Positions 22,105 to 34,241 of a DNA stretch of 40,439 nt are shown here, in pieces. The notes beneath the pieces were generated by a model. It had not been told where the DNA came from, ran no database searches, and saw nothing but the letters and a program-made list of their open reading frames with translations. This DNA is from Thraustochytrium aureum (lineage: Eukaryota): positions 62,001-102,439 of the forward strand of contig BLSG01000428.1 of the NCBI GenBank assembly GCA_012862495.1, read 5' to 3'. Every line of letters starts with the position of its first letter. Positions within the stretch are counted from its first letter, which is position 1. Both the position numbers and the translations under genes were made by a program.

Positions 22105-22786
22105 GCGCTTCTCTTGAGCTCGTTGGTCTCGGCCGGACGGTGTTGCACGAACAACCCCTGAACTAAGAGAAAAAATGCACGTTGCGCTGGCTGAGCCAGT
22201 CCAACTTGAATGCGATCTTGGTTTCTACATTCCGATTGGCAGCGGCATTCTCATCTCGCCTCTTCTTTGATTCGGGGGCCTTCTGCAGGGCCCTGCGAGC
22301 GGTCCAGGGTTGCTCAAGCGCTTGCCAAGCGTCGGCGAACTGGTAGTCTTGATGAAAAAGGACTTTGCTCAACTGGTTTGAATGAGCAGTCCAGCTATTT
22401 TCAGAAGCGTCGTGTCCCGTAGCATAGTTGGAGCTGCGCCACGTCCGAATCGCTCCCGCCACTGAAATGAAGCAATCGGCCAGCCAGAGGTGACTCGTCA
22501 ATCGTACTTGGGGGTAGCACGGGCACCCAGCCCCTCTCCCAGCCATCAACAACACCCCCGGTTGGCGCTGGCGCGGCCGCTGCTCGCTTTGATATGAATC
22601 AACCAACGATCACAGACGGCCGAACGCCGCAACGGAAAGGAGGCGCTGGACCCGGCATACGAGGGCTTGCAATGCAAAAAACGTTGCTTCGTGGCCTGCT
22701 TTGCGAATACATTGTCTTTTGAACTACGCCAGAACCTGGTTGCAACACTGGGCGCCATGCCACCGACCGAAGTGATACTCGCCCAC

Positions 22787-24465
22787 TTACTTGTCCCCTG
22801 CCTGAGCGTTCTCGTCGATCGAGTAGGTGCGGTGGATCGTGCAGCCCACGCCGTCCACGCCGCACGCGTGCTCGGTGTGCACGTGTGGCGCGAGCTCCTC
22901 CTTGGCGATCCGCACGCTCTGCCTCGACGCCTTCCAGCCGCCAGCAAGCAGCTTTTTCAGGGGCGGCACAAACTCCTTCTTGCGAGAAACCTTGTTGCCA
23001 ATGTCCATCAGACTCTCGGCAGGGTTCAAGTGGATGACTTGGGCCATGTGCTCCAGCGCCTTGGCAGAGTTGTCCAGGTGGTCGTGGCCATGGTCGTGGT
23101 CATGGTGCGCGTGAGCAACTTCCTCCTCCTCCTCTTCTGGGGCGTGATCGAGCGCGTTGCTCGTCTGACCCTTAAACACAAGCTTGGCCACGCTCACCTC
23201 GAGCTCTCCGCAAAGGAGCAACTTGGTCNCCTTTTTCTGAAGGTCCACGACAGCAAAAAGGCAAAGTCGAGGTTCTTCTCGTGCTTGAGCACGCGCAGCT
23301 CCAGCAGCAGCTTGCGCGCCTTCGACAGGATCGCCTCCGGCTCGTTGACTTCGATGGTGGCCCAGCCGACCAAGTAGTCGCCCATGACGAAGTTCTTCTG
23401 ATCCGCTCGCACGATCGCATACGGCGTCAGCTTGACCAAGTGCGAGGTCTTGGCCTTGAACATCTCCTCCGCGAGCCGATTCGGGTGGTGCTCCTCGCCC
23501 AGGATCGCCAGAAGGGTCGCCATCGTCTTGTCGGCCTGAGTGGTCGTCGGGCTCGACATGTTGATCGTGTCACTCAAGATTCCGCACAGAAGCAGGATGC
23601 AGACGTGCTTGGGGATAGGCCGACCCAGCCGCACGTAAAGGTGCGCGATAATGCTGCAAGCCGAGCCCCAAGGCCGCACGTCCACAAAGAGGGGGTGGCC
23701 CGTCGCAAAGCGGTCCGACAGGGCGTGGTGGTCGATACACGCCTTAATCCGCGCCTGCTGGTGCTGCGCCAGCTCGAGGACCTCCTTCGAGGAACCCGTT
23801 CGGTGGGAAGGCCACGGTACCGATCGAGGCGATCATCTGCCCGGGCTCGTTGTGATCGACGAGCGCGATGCCATGCTCTGTGTTGTATGGGTCGCTCGCG
23901 CCCTCAATGTCGTCGAAATATGGCGGGAGCTCCACACCGGCGTACTCGAGGGCAAACTCGATCTCGCCGTTCACCTCGCGCTCGGATCGAGTGGCAACGC
24001 CCTCAAAGAGCTCTGCGCCGGCCACGGCGGACGCCACGCTGTCCATGTCTGTGTTGGTGTGCCCGATAAAGTAGCAGCCCTTGATGCCGTACGTTTCCAT
24101 CAGCATCGCTTCCAGGTCGGCGGTCGGGTGGTCTTCGCCGTCTGTGCGGTGGGCGCGAGCTCGAAGTTTGTCGGCCAGCGTGACTGCTTCGTCGGTATGC
24201 TCGCGCAGGGCAATGTCGAGGTCGCTTTCCTTGACGTCATCCTCGTACGAGCTCAGGTCGAAAAACCCGTAGTTGTTGCCTGGCAGCGAGATGGTGGACA
24301 AGAGTCGCTCGACGCGGGCGTGGTTCTCTTGCCTCCGGCTCTCGCGCGCGCCTGCCCCGGGGGCTGGGGGCTGGGGGGCGCAGCGCGCGGCTCGGGGGTT
24401 CCAGCCACGTTGGCTGCCGCAGCGGCGGCGCCCTTGGGGCTCTTCTTGCGTGAAAACAGCGGCAT
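22787..24465 (-). CDS. Family II (DHH/DHHA2, Mn-dependent, PpaC-like) inorganic pyrophosphatase, broken by three 1-nt frameshifts (about 24345-24378, 23795-23797, 23255-23259)
   Basis: Motifs in order across the frames: FIGHTNTDMDS, LVDHNE, IDHH, VDVRPWGSACSII, GILSDT, SPTTT, ADQKNF and VSRKKEFVPPL (SRKK is diagnostic of family II PPases). Confidence 0.88.
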
Positions 24466-25219
24466 GGTGCAGCGTCGAGCGCTCCGCGGAGCGTTGCGTT
24501 CGGCGCGGCTTCGGGCTCTCCTGGATGGCTCCTGGATGGATGGCTCCTGGTCGCCTCCTCGTTCGCTCCTGGTCGCCTCTGTGCCTGCGTGGTGGCCTGG
24601 TGCTCGCGTCTCTTGGGGGTCTGCAGACTGATCTGGTTTTGGTCGGTTGTGATTTCACACAAATGGACACGTGAAAGAGCGCCGAGTGCACTCACCACCA
24701 GCACTCCTCACTCTCCTGCCGGTCCGCGAGCAGACAGCAGATCATCAGGTCATGATGATCATGAAGGCATGCAGCGCGCGAGTAGGCCTATGCAGTGAGT
24801 TGCTCTCTCTCTGCCGACAGAGAGCGAGAGCGCGGGAGAGACTAAACGCGTGCGCAGGCACGCGTGGCCGCTGCGCAGTTGCGCTCGTGCATGTGGCCGA
24901 CGAGCGGGTTGCAAGCAAGAGGAGTACCCAGTGAGCGCCGAGGAGGACGCCATTACTCGCTCACGACCGACCTGCCCCTGGGCCTGCCCGATCACGCCCA
25001 ATCAAGCCCAATCGCTTACCGGGGCGACCTCCTGGCTTACACGCGCTCGAGCCAGCTGGTGTGCCGGTTTCACCGCGAGCGCACAGAGCGTCAGCCGAGG
25101 CTCGCCGCAATCTAGCTCGTGCCTGCTCCAGAGTGTCCCTGGAGTGAGGACAGTAAATCATCCACCGGCGGCGCGGCTCTGGCGCTGGCGCGGCACCGGG
25201 CGGGCGTGAGCGCGCCGTG

Positions 25220-26179
25220 ATGATGGACGCGGCGGAGCCCCCGAGCCCGTCGACCCTCGGGTCAATGACTCCCAACGAGTACGGCGCCCGGTCGCCTGAG
25301 GTCGACCACGCTCGCTTTGGAGGCGCGTACGACGAAGGCCTGGTCGCGATGGGGGACGAGGACGAGGTAACGCTGCAGGACGGAGGCGCGCTGCTCGTCC
25401 AGTCCATGAGCAACTGGTTCATCCCGAGACTGGAGCACGGCGAAGACGATGGGCGCCAAGACGAGAGCGCCCCAGACGAGGTCTCGTCGCCCCGTGAAGC
25501 GAGCGATGACGCTGGCCTGGCTGGCGGCACGCGCAACCGGCGCGGACTTGCGGAGGCAAGTGGTGCGAGCTTCAAGATCGACGTGACGTTCGAGAACGCC
25601 GAGATTAACCTCAAGCGCGACCTGAAGAAGCAGTACTTGGCGATAGCAATAGGATGCTGGGTCCTCTTGACGGTGATCCAAAGCGTCAGCCTGGTCTGCC
25701 TACAGCAGTGGCAGTACTCGCCCGTTGTCATCGCGGTGCTCACCATGACGCTCTCCACAGTGTTTTACTGGCGGTATATCTGGCGCCGGTTGCAGCTCCC
25801 CTTTCGGCGGCTCTGGGAGACGCCATACCCCTTTGCGGTGGTTTCTGCGGTGCTGGGCTCGCTGGCCGAGCACGCCATGTACCTTGTCAGCGGCGGCTTT
25901 GATGTTGGGCAACTCCTTATCGCTATCTTCCTTTGCCAGTCCTTCTACGTCATCTTGGTGGCCTCGACATACCGCAACTACATGAGCAAGTGGCAAAAGT
26001 TCATCAACCACCGCAAGCTCTGCCACGACGCGCTTCAAATTGGCCGCGCCAAGCTGCTGCGGGAGAGTCTACACGACGATGGTGGGCGCGTGGACGATAG
26101 AGCCTCGTTCGACAGGCGAGTTCGCTCGCCCGGCTTTGCGGACGACTACGACGACTACGCGCAGGTGCAGCCCTACTGA
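25220..26179 (+). CDS. Hypothetical membrane protein (about 4 TM segments, acidic disordered N-terminus)
   Basis: 319-codon ORF with GC3-rich codon usage and hydrophobic stretches (YLAIAIGCWVLLTVIQSVSLVCL, VVIAVLTMTLSTVFYW, FAVVSAVLGSLA, LLIAIFLCQSFYVILVA). No family recognised. Confidence 0.7.
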   Translation: MMDAAEPPSPSTLGSMTPNEYGARSPEVDHARFGGAYDEGLVAMGDEDEVTLQDGGALLVQSMSNWFIPRLEHGEDDGRQDESAPDEVSSPREASDDAGLAGGTRNRRGLAEASGASFKIDVTFENAEINLKRDLKKQYLAIAIGCWVLLTVIQSVSLVCLQQWQYSPVVIAVLTMTLSTVFYWRYIWRRLQLPFRRLWETPYPFAVVSAVLGSLAEHAMYLVSGGFDVGQLLIAIFLCQSFYVILVASTYRNYMSKWQKFINHRKLCHDALQIGRAKLLRESLHDDGGRVDDRASFDRRVRSPGFADDYDDYAQVQPY

Positions 26180-26408
26180 TGTGGAGCTGCCAGGCACACA
26201 GGCGCCAACGTATTCCGTTTCCTGGTTCGCACGCACTTACCTTGCAAGCGCACGTTGGGGAATCGAGATGTGTGATTTCGTTTTCGTTGCTCCCACAATA
26301 GGTTTATGAACTAGCTCGAGACGAAGAATCTGCGCCAGGTTCGCAAGCGACCAAGCAGGGTCTCGTTGCTCTCTAGAGCTAGCTCTAGCTAGAGTAGGGT
26401 TGAGCTAG

Positions 26409-27505
26409 CTAGCTTGAGGCAGCGCCAAAGCCCTCGGCGCGGTCGCCAAGCTCGCCCGCCTCGCCATCGCCGTCGCCGTGGAGAGGCCCATCCTCCGGCA
26501 AGTCGGGGATAACAATCGACTTCATCGCGGCAAGCTCGGTCTCGTCGTGCACGCGGTACCCGTACATCTGCTCGGGCCGAGAGAACTTGACGTCGGTAGG
26601 CAAAAGCCAGTGCAAGGAGAACCGCGGCTCGCCGCCAAACACCTCGTTCAGGTTGTCGCAGATGCTGCGCTTGCTCGAGCCCTTCTCCGCCCCCTTGAGT
26701 CGGTCGATCTTCGTCGCCGACGTGAGCACCACGCTCCACTGGTCGCACATCATGCACATTGTGAACAAGCCGAACAAGATCGCCTCAATCACCAGCACGA
26801 AGATGAGAATGTTTGACCCGATACTCAGGTCGCACTCCGCGTACACGGCAAGGTTCGTCACGGCCGACTCCACCGCGGTTTCGACAACGCTCTCCACAAC
26901 TGGGATACCCCCGGGCATCGCAGATGAAGCCGTTGACGCGCTTTTCCCCCGCAGCCGCTGGCGACGGCGCGACGGCGAGTGCCCCGAGCAGTGCACGAAT
27001 CGAGCAAAGACCAAGGACAGCGCGTACACGCTCGCCGTGAACACGTAGAACAGAAACAGAAGAAAGAACTTGTGGTTGCCCAGCCCGACGCAGTTGTTCA
27101 CCCAGGGGCAGTGGTGGTCCATCTTGACGATGCAGCGCTGGCAGATCGAGCAGTGGTGGGTGCGCTGTGGCTTGTATGTGTCACACTTGAGGCAGACGCG
27201 GAACGACTTGCCTTGGTCCCCTGGCTCAAAGTCGGCAGGCACCGCGTTCTTCGGCACCGCGCCGGGGTCTGTCGTCATCGCCTTGAAGTGCGAAATGACT
27301 CCCAGGAGCACGATCGACGTGAAGGCCACGCCGTGCACCATGCCCCACACGGAGTCGCCCATCCAGGGGATGATCACCACGGTCAGCATGACAAACTCGG
27401 CGAACGCGAGCAAGATGTCCGTCACCATCCCGCAGAACAGCCCGCAGCAGTCCTTGTTGAGCCAGAACGTCTTCTCGGGCTCGGTCCCGCACTCTGTGCA
27501 GCACG
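26409..27505 (-). CDS. DHHC palmitoyltransferase (ZDHHC3/7-like), 5' end in gap
   Basis: WLNKDCCGLFC, TDPGAVP, CLKCDTYKPQRTHHCSICQRCIVKMDHHCPWVNNCVGLGNHKFFLLFLFY, EAILFGLFT and NLNEVFGG. Confidence 0.94.
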
Positions 27506-28087
27506 NNNNNNNNNNNNNNNNNNNNNNNNNNNNNNNNNNNNNNNNNNNNNNNNNNNNNNNNNNNNNNNNNNNNNNNNNNNNNNNNNNNNNNNNNNNNNNN
27601 NNNNNNNNNNNNNNNNNNNNNNNNNNNNNNNNNNNNNNNNNNNNNNNNNNNNNNNNNNNNNNNNNNNNNNNNNNNNNNNNNNNNNNNNNNNNNNNNNNNN
27701 NNNNNNNNNNNNNNNNNNNNNNNNNNNNNNNNNNNNNNNNNNNNNNNNNNNNNNNNNNNNNNNNNNNNNNNNNNNNNNNNNNNNNNNNNNNNNNNNNNNN
27801 NNNNNNNNNNNNNNNNNNNNNNNNNNNNNNNNNNNNNNNNNNNNNNNNNNNNNNNNNNNNNNNNNNNNNNNNNNNNNNNNNNNNNNNNNNNNNNNNNNNN
27901 NNNNNNNNNNNNNNNNNNNNNNNNNNNNNNNNNNNNNNNNNNNNNNNNNNNNNNNNNNNNNNNNNNNNNNNNNNNNNNNNNNNNNNNNNNNNNNNNNNNN
28001 NNNNNNNNNNNNNNNNNNNNNNNNNNNNNNNNNNNNNNNNNNNNNNNNNNNNNNNNNNNNNNNNNNNNNNNNNNNNNNNNNNNNNNG

Positions 28088-29296
28088 ATGGGCAAGCACG
28101 AGGCGGGGACGCCCAAGGCGCTGGCGAACGCATCAAGGCCCGCGGGCTGCAAAAGCTGAGCCTGTACTGCCAGGTCTGCGAGAAGCAGTGTCGCGACGAG
28201 AACGGGTTCAAGTGCCACATCAGCTCAGAGGCGCACGTACGCAAGATGCAGATCGTCGCGTCCAGCTCGCAAAAGTACGTCGACCACTATTCGCAAAAGT
28301 TCGAACAGGGCTTCCTCGACGTCCTCTCGCGGCGCCACAACACGAAACGAATGAGTGCCAACGTTGTCTACAACGAGTATATCCAGGACCGCGAGCACGT
28401 CCACATGAACGCGACCATGTGGACCTCCCTGACCCAGTTCGTGCAGCATCTTGGCCAAACCTCCAAGTGCCTCGTGGACGAGAGCGACCGCGGCTGGTTC
28501 ATCCAGTGGGTCGACCGTTCAGCCGCAGCGCGGGCGCGCGAGGTCGTACAAAAGAAACAGAAACTCGAGCAAGACGACGAGGAGCGCGCTCGCAAGGCCC
28601 TGAAGCGGCAGCTCGAGGCCGCCAAAACAAGCGTCATCGAGTCGCAAGCGGCGCGAGCCGCCGAGCCAGAGGCGGTCGACCCGCAAGGGGGCGCAGACGC
28701 CCCGCTCCAGCGTATCGACCTTTCGGCAGCGGCAAAGCGCAGGCGTTTGAAACCGTCAGCGCGGTCCATTCATCGCGACGAGGACAGCGACGACGAACCT
28801 GCCGACGTCGCAACGCGTGGCGAAAAGCAGGCGCCGCTCCTGCAGGCCGAGCCAGCCGCGGCCCACTCGGCCGCGCTGGGAAGTGGAGGCGAGCCGGGGC
28901 TAGCCAGCAAGCCAGCGCCGGCTTCTGGCTTTGGAAAGCCGGAGCCTGGCACTTGGCTTGCGCGTGGTCTCGTTGTCAAGGTTACCAGCAGCAAAGTCGG
29001 CCAGCGCGGGGAGTTTAAGAAGCGCAAGTGCCTCGTTCGCCGCGTTGTTTTCCAGGATTCCGGAGGCCGGGGGGGCGCCGCTGCCGAGTTGCAGATGGTC
29101 GACAACCCGGCCGAGTCGGTCCTCGCTCAAGAAAAGTACCTAGAAACGGTACTTCCCGCTCTCGGTCAGCAAGTCATGATCGTGTCGTCGCGCTTCGACT
29201 TCGCCGACCGCGGCGCGCTCGCGGTCTTGAGGCGGCTGCGGGTCGACGACTTTAAGGCCGAAGTCGAAATCCTGACTGGCGGTGTCAGGACGCTCG
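28088..29296 (+). CDS. KIN17: DNA/RNA-binding protein KIN17, 3' end in gap, 1-nt frameshift near 28129
   Basis: MGKHEAGTPKALAN[R]IKARGLQKL..YCQVCEKQCRDENGFKCH (zinc finger), ANVVYNEYIQDREHVHMNATMWTSLTQFV (Kin17_mid) and C-terminal SH3-like/KOW region WLARGLVVKV...LETVLP. Confidence 0.94.
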
Positions 29297-29526
29297 NNNN
29301 NNNNNNNNNNNNNNNNNNNNNNNNNNNNNNNNNNNNNNNNNNNNNNNNNNNNNNNNNNNNNNNNNNNNNNNNNNNNNNNNNNNNNNNNNNNNNNNNNNNN
29401 NNNNNNNNNNNNNNNNNNNNNNNNNNNNNNNNNNNNNNNNNNNNNNNNNNNNNNNNNNNNNNNNNNNNNNNNNNNNNNNNNNNNNNNNNNNNNNNNNNNN
29501 ACTCGAGTTAGAAAAAGAAACTGATA

Positions 29527-32500
29527 TTATTGGGCCTGGGCAGCCCCTCCTGGGGCGGCCTCTGCGTCCTCCTCCTCGTCTTCCTCCTCGTCCACTGGAG
29601 CAGAGTAGGCGTCCAGGTACGCCTTGGGGTCGTCTAGCTTGCGCAAGTCATGGATGGAGACCGGCTTGCCGCAAATAGGGTCGACGGCGTCCTCAGGGGA
29701 GCCCACATTCTGCAAGTAATTGACGTATTCCGAGTACAGCGCCGGCATCTTGGAGTTTGGGCACACGCACCAGTCGTCCGAGACCATGTGCCGCCCCGTG
29801 ACGACACAGAACGGAATGTGGTTCTTGGTTGTCGGGCACACCAAGTCAAAGTTGGCCACCATCTCGCCCGTGTACGGGCACTCAGAGCGGTCCTCGGGGA
29901 CATCCTCGAGCTCTGCGCCGCCGCGCCGCCGCACAATCGCCTCGATCTTGCGACGGTAGTTTGGGTCTAGCTCGCTGCGGTGCTCGGGCCGCATCAGTCG
30001 CGTGGCGTACTCGAAGGCAGTCTTGCGGAGCCCCCCACGCTGGCACTCGACCACCGCAGAGGTCAGGATCGGGACCACGTGGCTGGGGAACTTGGAGATG
30101 TTCTTAGCGACGCGGCTCAGCAGCCGCCCCGCGCCAAGGTGGTCGCCGATCTTCATTCGCTTCTTGACCAGCAGGTAGCTGTGGAGCAGCAAGAAGGCGG
30201 ACCGCAGGCTCTGCGGAACGCGAATCCCGCGCGACTCCAGTTCACGATGCGTCTCGTACAGCGTGCTGTGCGCATTGCGGTAGTTGCCGTTCTCGCGCTC
30301 CTGGTGAGCGATGACCATGGCCGTCCGCGCAGCCTGGGCGAAGTTGCCGAGTGCCATGTAGAGACGGAAAATGTGGACCGGGTCTTGCACGACGCCGGTG
30401 GTCTCGCCCATCAAAAAGTCAATCAAGGTGTGCGTGAGCATGTCCGAGCGCGCCTTGCCGACCACCTCGATCGCCTTTTCGATCTCATTGGTCTGCAGAT
30501 AGAGACGCAGTGCCTTGTGGAACTGTCCGCAGATAGCGTAGAATTCGGCAGCCTTGTCAAACTGCTGCTTCGTCTCGTAGTACCTCGCGATGCTGTTGTA
30601 CTCCTCGGGGCTACCGTTGGGGCCCAGCGCGCTCTCAAATACCTCCATCGTGTCATGCGCCGTGGCAAGCTCGAAAGCATCTGTCGTGCGCTTGGCCATG
30701 AGCAGAAACTCGATGGCGCCGCGAAAGTCGTTGACGCTTTGGCAGTATCGTGCCGCCATCTCGGCACCTTGGGAGCTCTGGTGCTTGCGCACGATTGCGA
30801 ATGCCTTTTCGGGCTGTCTCAGGTGCTCGAGCGAAATCCTGACGACGCTGTCCAGGTCCTTTCCCTTTTCGTACTCGGCCACCGCGGTGCGAAAGTCTTT
30901 CTCGGCCTCTTTGGCCTTGGCAAACTGAAGGTGGAGCTTTGGAGCTGTCACCTTGGCCAGCAGCGGCTGCGCGGCCACGTAGTTCTTCGCCTTGATGTAG
31001 ATGCTCGCCGCGTCCTCGAACTGCTCCGCCTTCTCGTACAGCGCGGCCGCGTCCGCAAATTGCTTGAGCGTGACAAGGATGTCGGCGCACTCTTTGCACA
31101 GAGCCTGGTCGCCTGACTCGCTGGCCAGCGCGACGCCCTTGGGAATGTTGCCAACGCGCAGAGTCATGCGCGTGATGCCAGCCGTGCAGACGCGGTGCTG
31201 TGCCTCCAGCGCCACAAGCGTTTCATCCTCGGCCAAAGTCGGCCCGCGCATCCCACTGCCCCGCGTCTCTCGGTCGTCATGCTCTGGCGCAGTCGGGTCC
31301 TTTTGTTCGCCATCGCGGTCGTACTGCTGCAGGTGCGGCTCGCTGTCGCCGATCGAGGCTTTCAACGCAGCCAGCGCCTGACCCAGCCCCTCCATCGCGC
31401 TGCGGTACATGTCCAAAGAGGCGCGGTACTCGCCCTTGAACTCAAGCTGCTGTGCGTATTTCACCGAAATGGACGCGAGCTGCTCGGGGGCAACCGTCTC
31501 TGCAAGCTTGAGGGCTTGCTCCCACTGGAGCAGGTCCTTGCGCATCTCGAGGGCGGCCTCGGGTTGAGGGGACAAAAGAAACAGCTCCTGCGCCTGGGCA
31601 TAGTCGCCAAAGAGGGCCGCAACGTTCCCTGCAAGCAAGTATTTGTCCTCGACAAAGCGAATGCGCTCGAGCGCCATGACCATGCCGGCGTCTCCGAGCT
31701 TGCGCCACACACGAGTCGCCATTTCGATGTTCATCTCCTCCATGGCGCGCCCGCTGAGCGCTAGCCAACACGGCCGCGACTCGATAACGAGCGCCTGGTT
31801 CCAAGCGTCCTGGAGCTTGTGCAAGGCAGGCTCTGTTGAAACTTTTGCTGGCTTGCCTCTTGGGTGCGCTCCATGCTGTGCAAGGCCTCATGCGAGCCTA
31901 GCATCACCTTGGCGAGCTGCGAGTTGGGCGTCTGGCAAGTCACGATGCCGGCAAACGAGGCGATCGCCACGTACCCGGGGGGGGAGCTGGGTGGCGAGTG
32001 GCTCGGTGACCATGTCGCCGTTCTCCATGACCTCGAGTGGGCCGACCTTGGTGAGCTGCGGACCCGTGATGGTGAGCGGCGAGTAAACGTACGTGCTGAG
32101 CTCGTAGGGGTCTGCCGTGACGAATACGGACGTGTCAAGACTGTCCCACATCACGTTAGAGGTCTCCGCAGAGAGGTCGGGGACCGGGATCGCCTGAGCA
32201 TCAACCGGGTTGAACAAAAACCCCGATCCGGACTCGTCCATGAAGACGATCCGAGTTCCGGAGGCGTTCGGGAACACGCTGCGAATGCCAACTTGGTGCC
32301 GAAGCTCAGAGCCCGCAATCGTCCGGCCGTCGTTGAGCGAGTAAAACTCGATCGTCCCGTCCACCGTTCCGTAAACCAGGAAATTCGGCGTCAGCGCGAT
32401 GCAGCTCACGTCGGAACAGCCTGGCTCGGGGAAGACCCGGCTCCCGTCGTCGCCGCCACCGCTGCCGCCGCCGTAGCCCTGCCCGTTTGCGCTGCGCTCG

Positions 32501-33903
32501 ATCGGCTGAAGGTAGACGCGGCCAGCGCAAAGCGCAACAGCAAACCTTTCATTAAGAAGGAGGCGGTCCACATTCGCGAGGTACTCTTGCTCGTTGACGA
32601 GCACGTCTGTTTTGGCCGGGTCCTCGTTGTCCTGGAAGCGGTAGAACCAGACGCGGTTGTTCATACCAACCGCCACGTGGCAGACACCGAGGGCGACGTA
32701 TGCTGGCTCCACCTCAACAGGGACGCGGATGGGCGTGGCCCTGACGCCGCGCTGCAGGTCAATAGCGTTGACGATGCCGATCTCGCGCAGCGAGCTCAAG
32801 TAGGCTACGTTCGGGCCATTCGAGGAATGCACCATAGGCATCTTGGTGAGAAAGCTGTAGAGCCGGCCCGTCTTTGTGCTCACGGAGAGAATCTGCCCGT
32901 CGTCCGTCCACTGCATGGCGTCCAGCTGCCCATCCTCGTTCTCAAGGGAAACAGAGTCTGTCTTGATTTCGGTCCACTTGAGCGCATCAATCACGCGCAC
33001 GGTGCTGTCCCCGCACGACGCCACGCGGTTGAGCGAGCGTGAGACCGCAACGTCTGTCAGGCTAGTGCGGTGGAGGCGCTCCGAGAAGATCTCTTCGCCA
33101 AAGTTGGGTTCCTGCGTCGAGATGGCCGCGAGCTGGCCCGTGGTGAAGCCAATCACAAGGCGCGCGTTGGAGAGCCAGCCAAAGCTGACGAGTTTGCCGT
33201 AGCGCGACTGGAACTGGAGCTCAACCGGCTTGTCGCCCATTGCATGAAGGACCAGCGACTCGGACTTTGTCGAGACCGCAACGGTCCATTGCCTGCTGCT
33301 GGCCTTGGGCTCATCTAGCGACCCGATTGGGCGGATGGGCGCGAACGCGATCCGCACAGGCCGGCTTCGGCAAGTGAATTGGTCCTCGGTGCCCCCGTCG
33401 CACGAGCTGATCGTCACCGAGTTGTCCTCGGAGCCGAGCGCGAGCACGTTGCCGGTCTCGCTCCATGCGCCGCAGACGATTGCGCTCGAGTGCTTGCCGG
33501 CCACGATCTCCTGGCGCAGGTTGTCTTTGCGGTAGAGAAGAAGGGTTCCGTTCCCGGATCCCACGGCGAGTTGGGGCCCATTCCTCGACCACGCGAGGAA
33601 GCGCGGGTCTTTGAGGTTGGTGTCAAGCGTGGACAAGCGCCGCTTGCCGAGGTCGTACAGCGAGATGGACGCCACGCGGTCTTGCAAGATGGCGAGAACT
33701 TCGCCGTCCTTGTCCCAGTCCAGCGCTACGACAGGCGCGACGCTCTTCAGGCCGACCTCCTCCACGGCCTGTCCGTGCCGATCGAAGATCTCCACCAGCC
33801 CGTTCGAACCCACTGAGGCCACATAGCTGCCGTCGCGCTGCCACTTGACGCGGACGGCGCCTTTGCCGTGGTAGCTCTCGTCCACCTGAAACAGTGCCTT
33901 CAT
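29527..33903 (-). CDS. WDR19: WD repeat protein 19 / IFT144 (IFT-A core), with two compensating frameshifts (G-run 31976-31984 and near 31827)
   Basis: N-terminal WD40s (LDWDKDGEVLAI, AVGMNNRVWFY), TPR region (ALEMRKDLLQWEQALKLA, YAQQLEFKG, AIEFLLMA, ISKFPSHVVPILTSAVVECQRGGL, AFEYATRLMRPEHR) and C-terminal Cys-rich IPFCVVTGRHM. The bridging frame reads LPPGYVAIASFAGIVTCQ...QQSL[A]LHKLQDAW. Confidence 0.94.
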
Positions 33904-33996
33904 CCCTGCGCAGCCGGCCGCCCAGGGCCTCCTACGCCGGCCTCCGCGCCCCTGCTCCAGTCACCCTTTCCTAGGGGGCCNCCCGCCCGTACGCTC

Positions 33997-33997
33997 G

Positions 33998-34036
<39 letters not shown>

Positions 34037-34173
34037 NNNNNNNNNNNNNNNNNNNNNNNNNNNNNNNNNNNNNNNNNNNNNNNNNNNNNNNNNNNNNNNN
34101 NNNNNNNNNNNNNNNNNNNNNNNNNNNNNNNNNNNNNNNNNNNNNNNNNNNNNNNNNNNNNNNNNTACGCTCG

Positions 34174-34241
<68 letters not shown>
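33997..34241. repeat. (GCCT)n tetranucleotide microsatellite spanning an assembly gap
   Basis: GCCT runs on both sides of the N block. The flank TACGCTCGCCT occurs on both sides, suggesting the same array was assembled twice. Confidence 0.9.

Noticed and set aside
22163..22606. 147-aa minus-strand ORF between the aldolase-SDR and PPase genes
   Set aside because: No recognisable motifs and weak coding-like codon bias; probably UTR or intergenic, though a small gene cannot be excluded.
22787..24465. PPase (and likewise KIN17, BART, WDR19) as pseudogenes
   Set aside because: All motifs are intact, there are no premature stops, indels fall at homopolymers, and essential genes are affected equally, pointing to sequencing error.
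24752..24860. C/D box snoRNA starting at ATGATGA
   Set aside because: No CTGA D box at a suitable distance downstream.
26979..29511. Long ORFs fusing ZDHHC antisense or sense sequence with KIN17 through the gap
   Set aside because: Artefacts of translating through Ns; ZDHHC (minus) and KIN17 (plus) are separate divergent genes.
31825..31990. Intron separating the two WDR19 ORFs
   Set aside because: A third frame bridges them with WDR19-like sequence; two compensating 1-nt indels explain the break with no intron needed.
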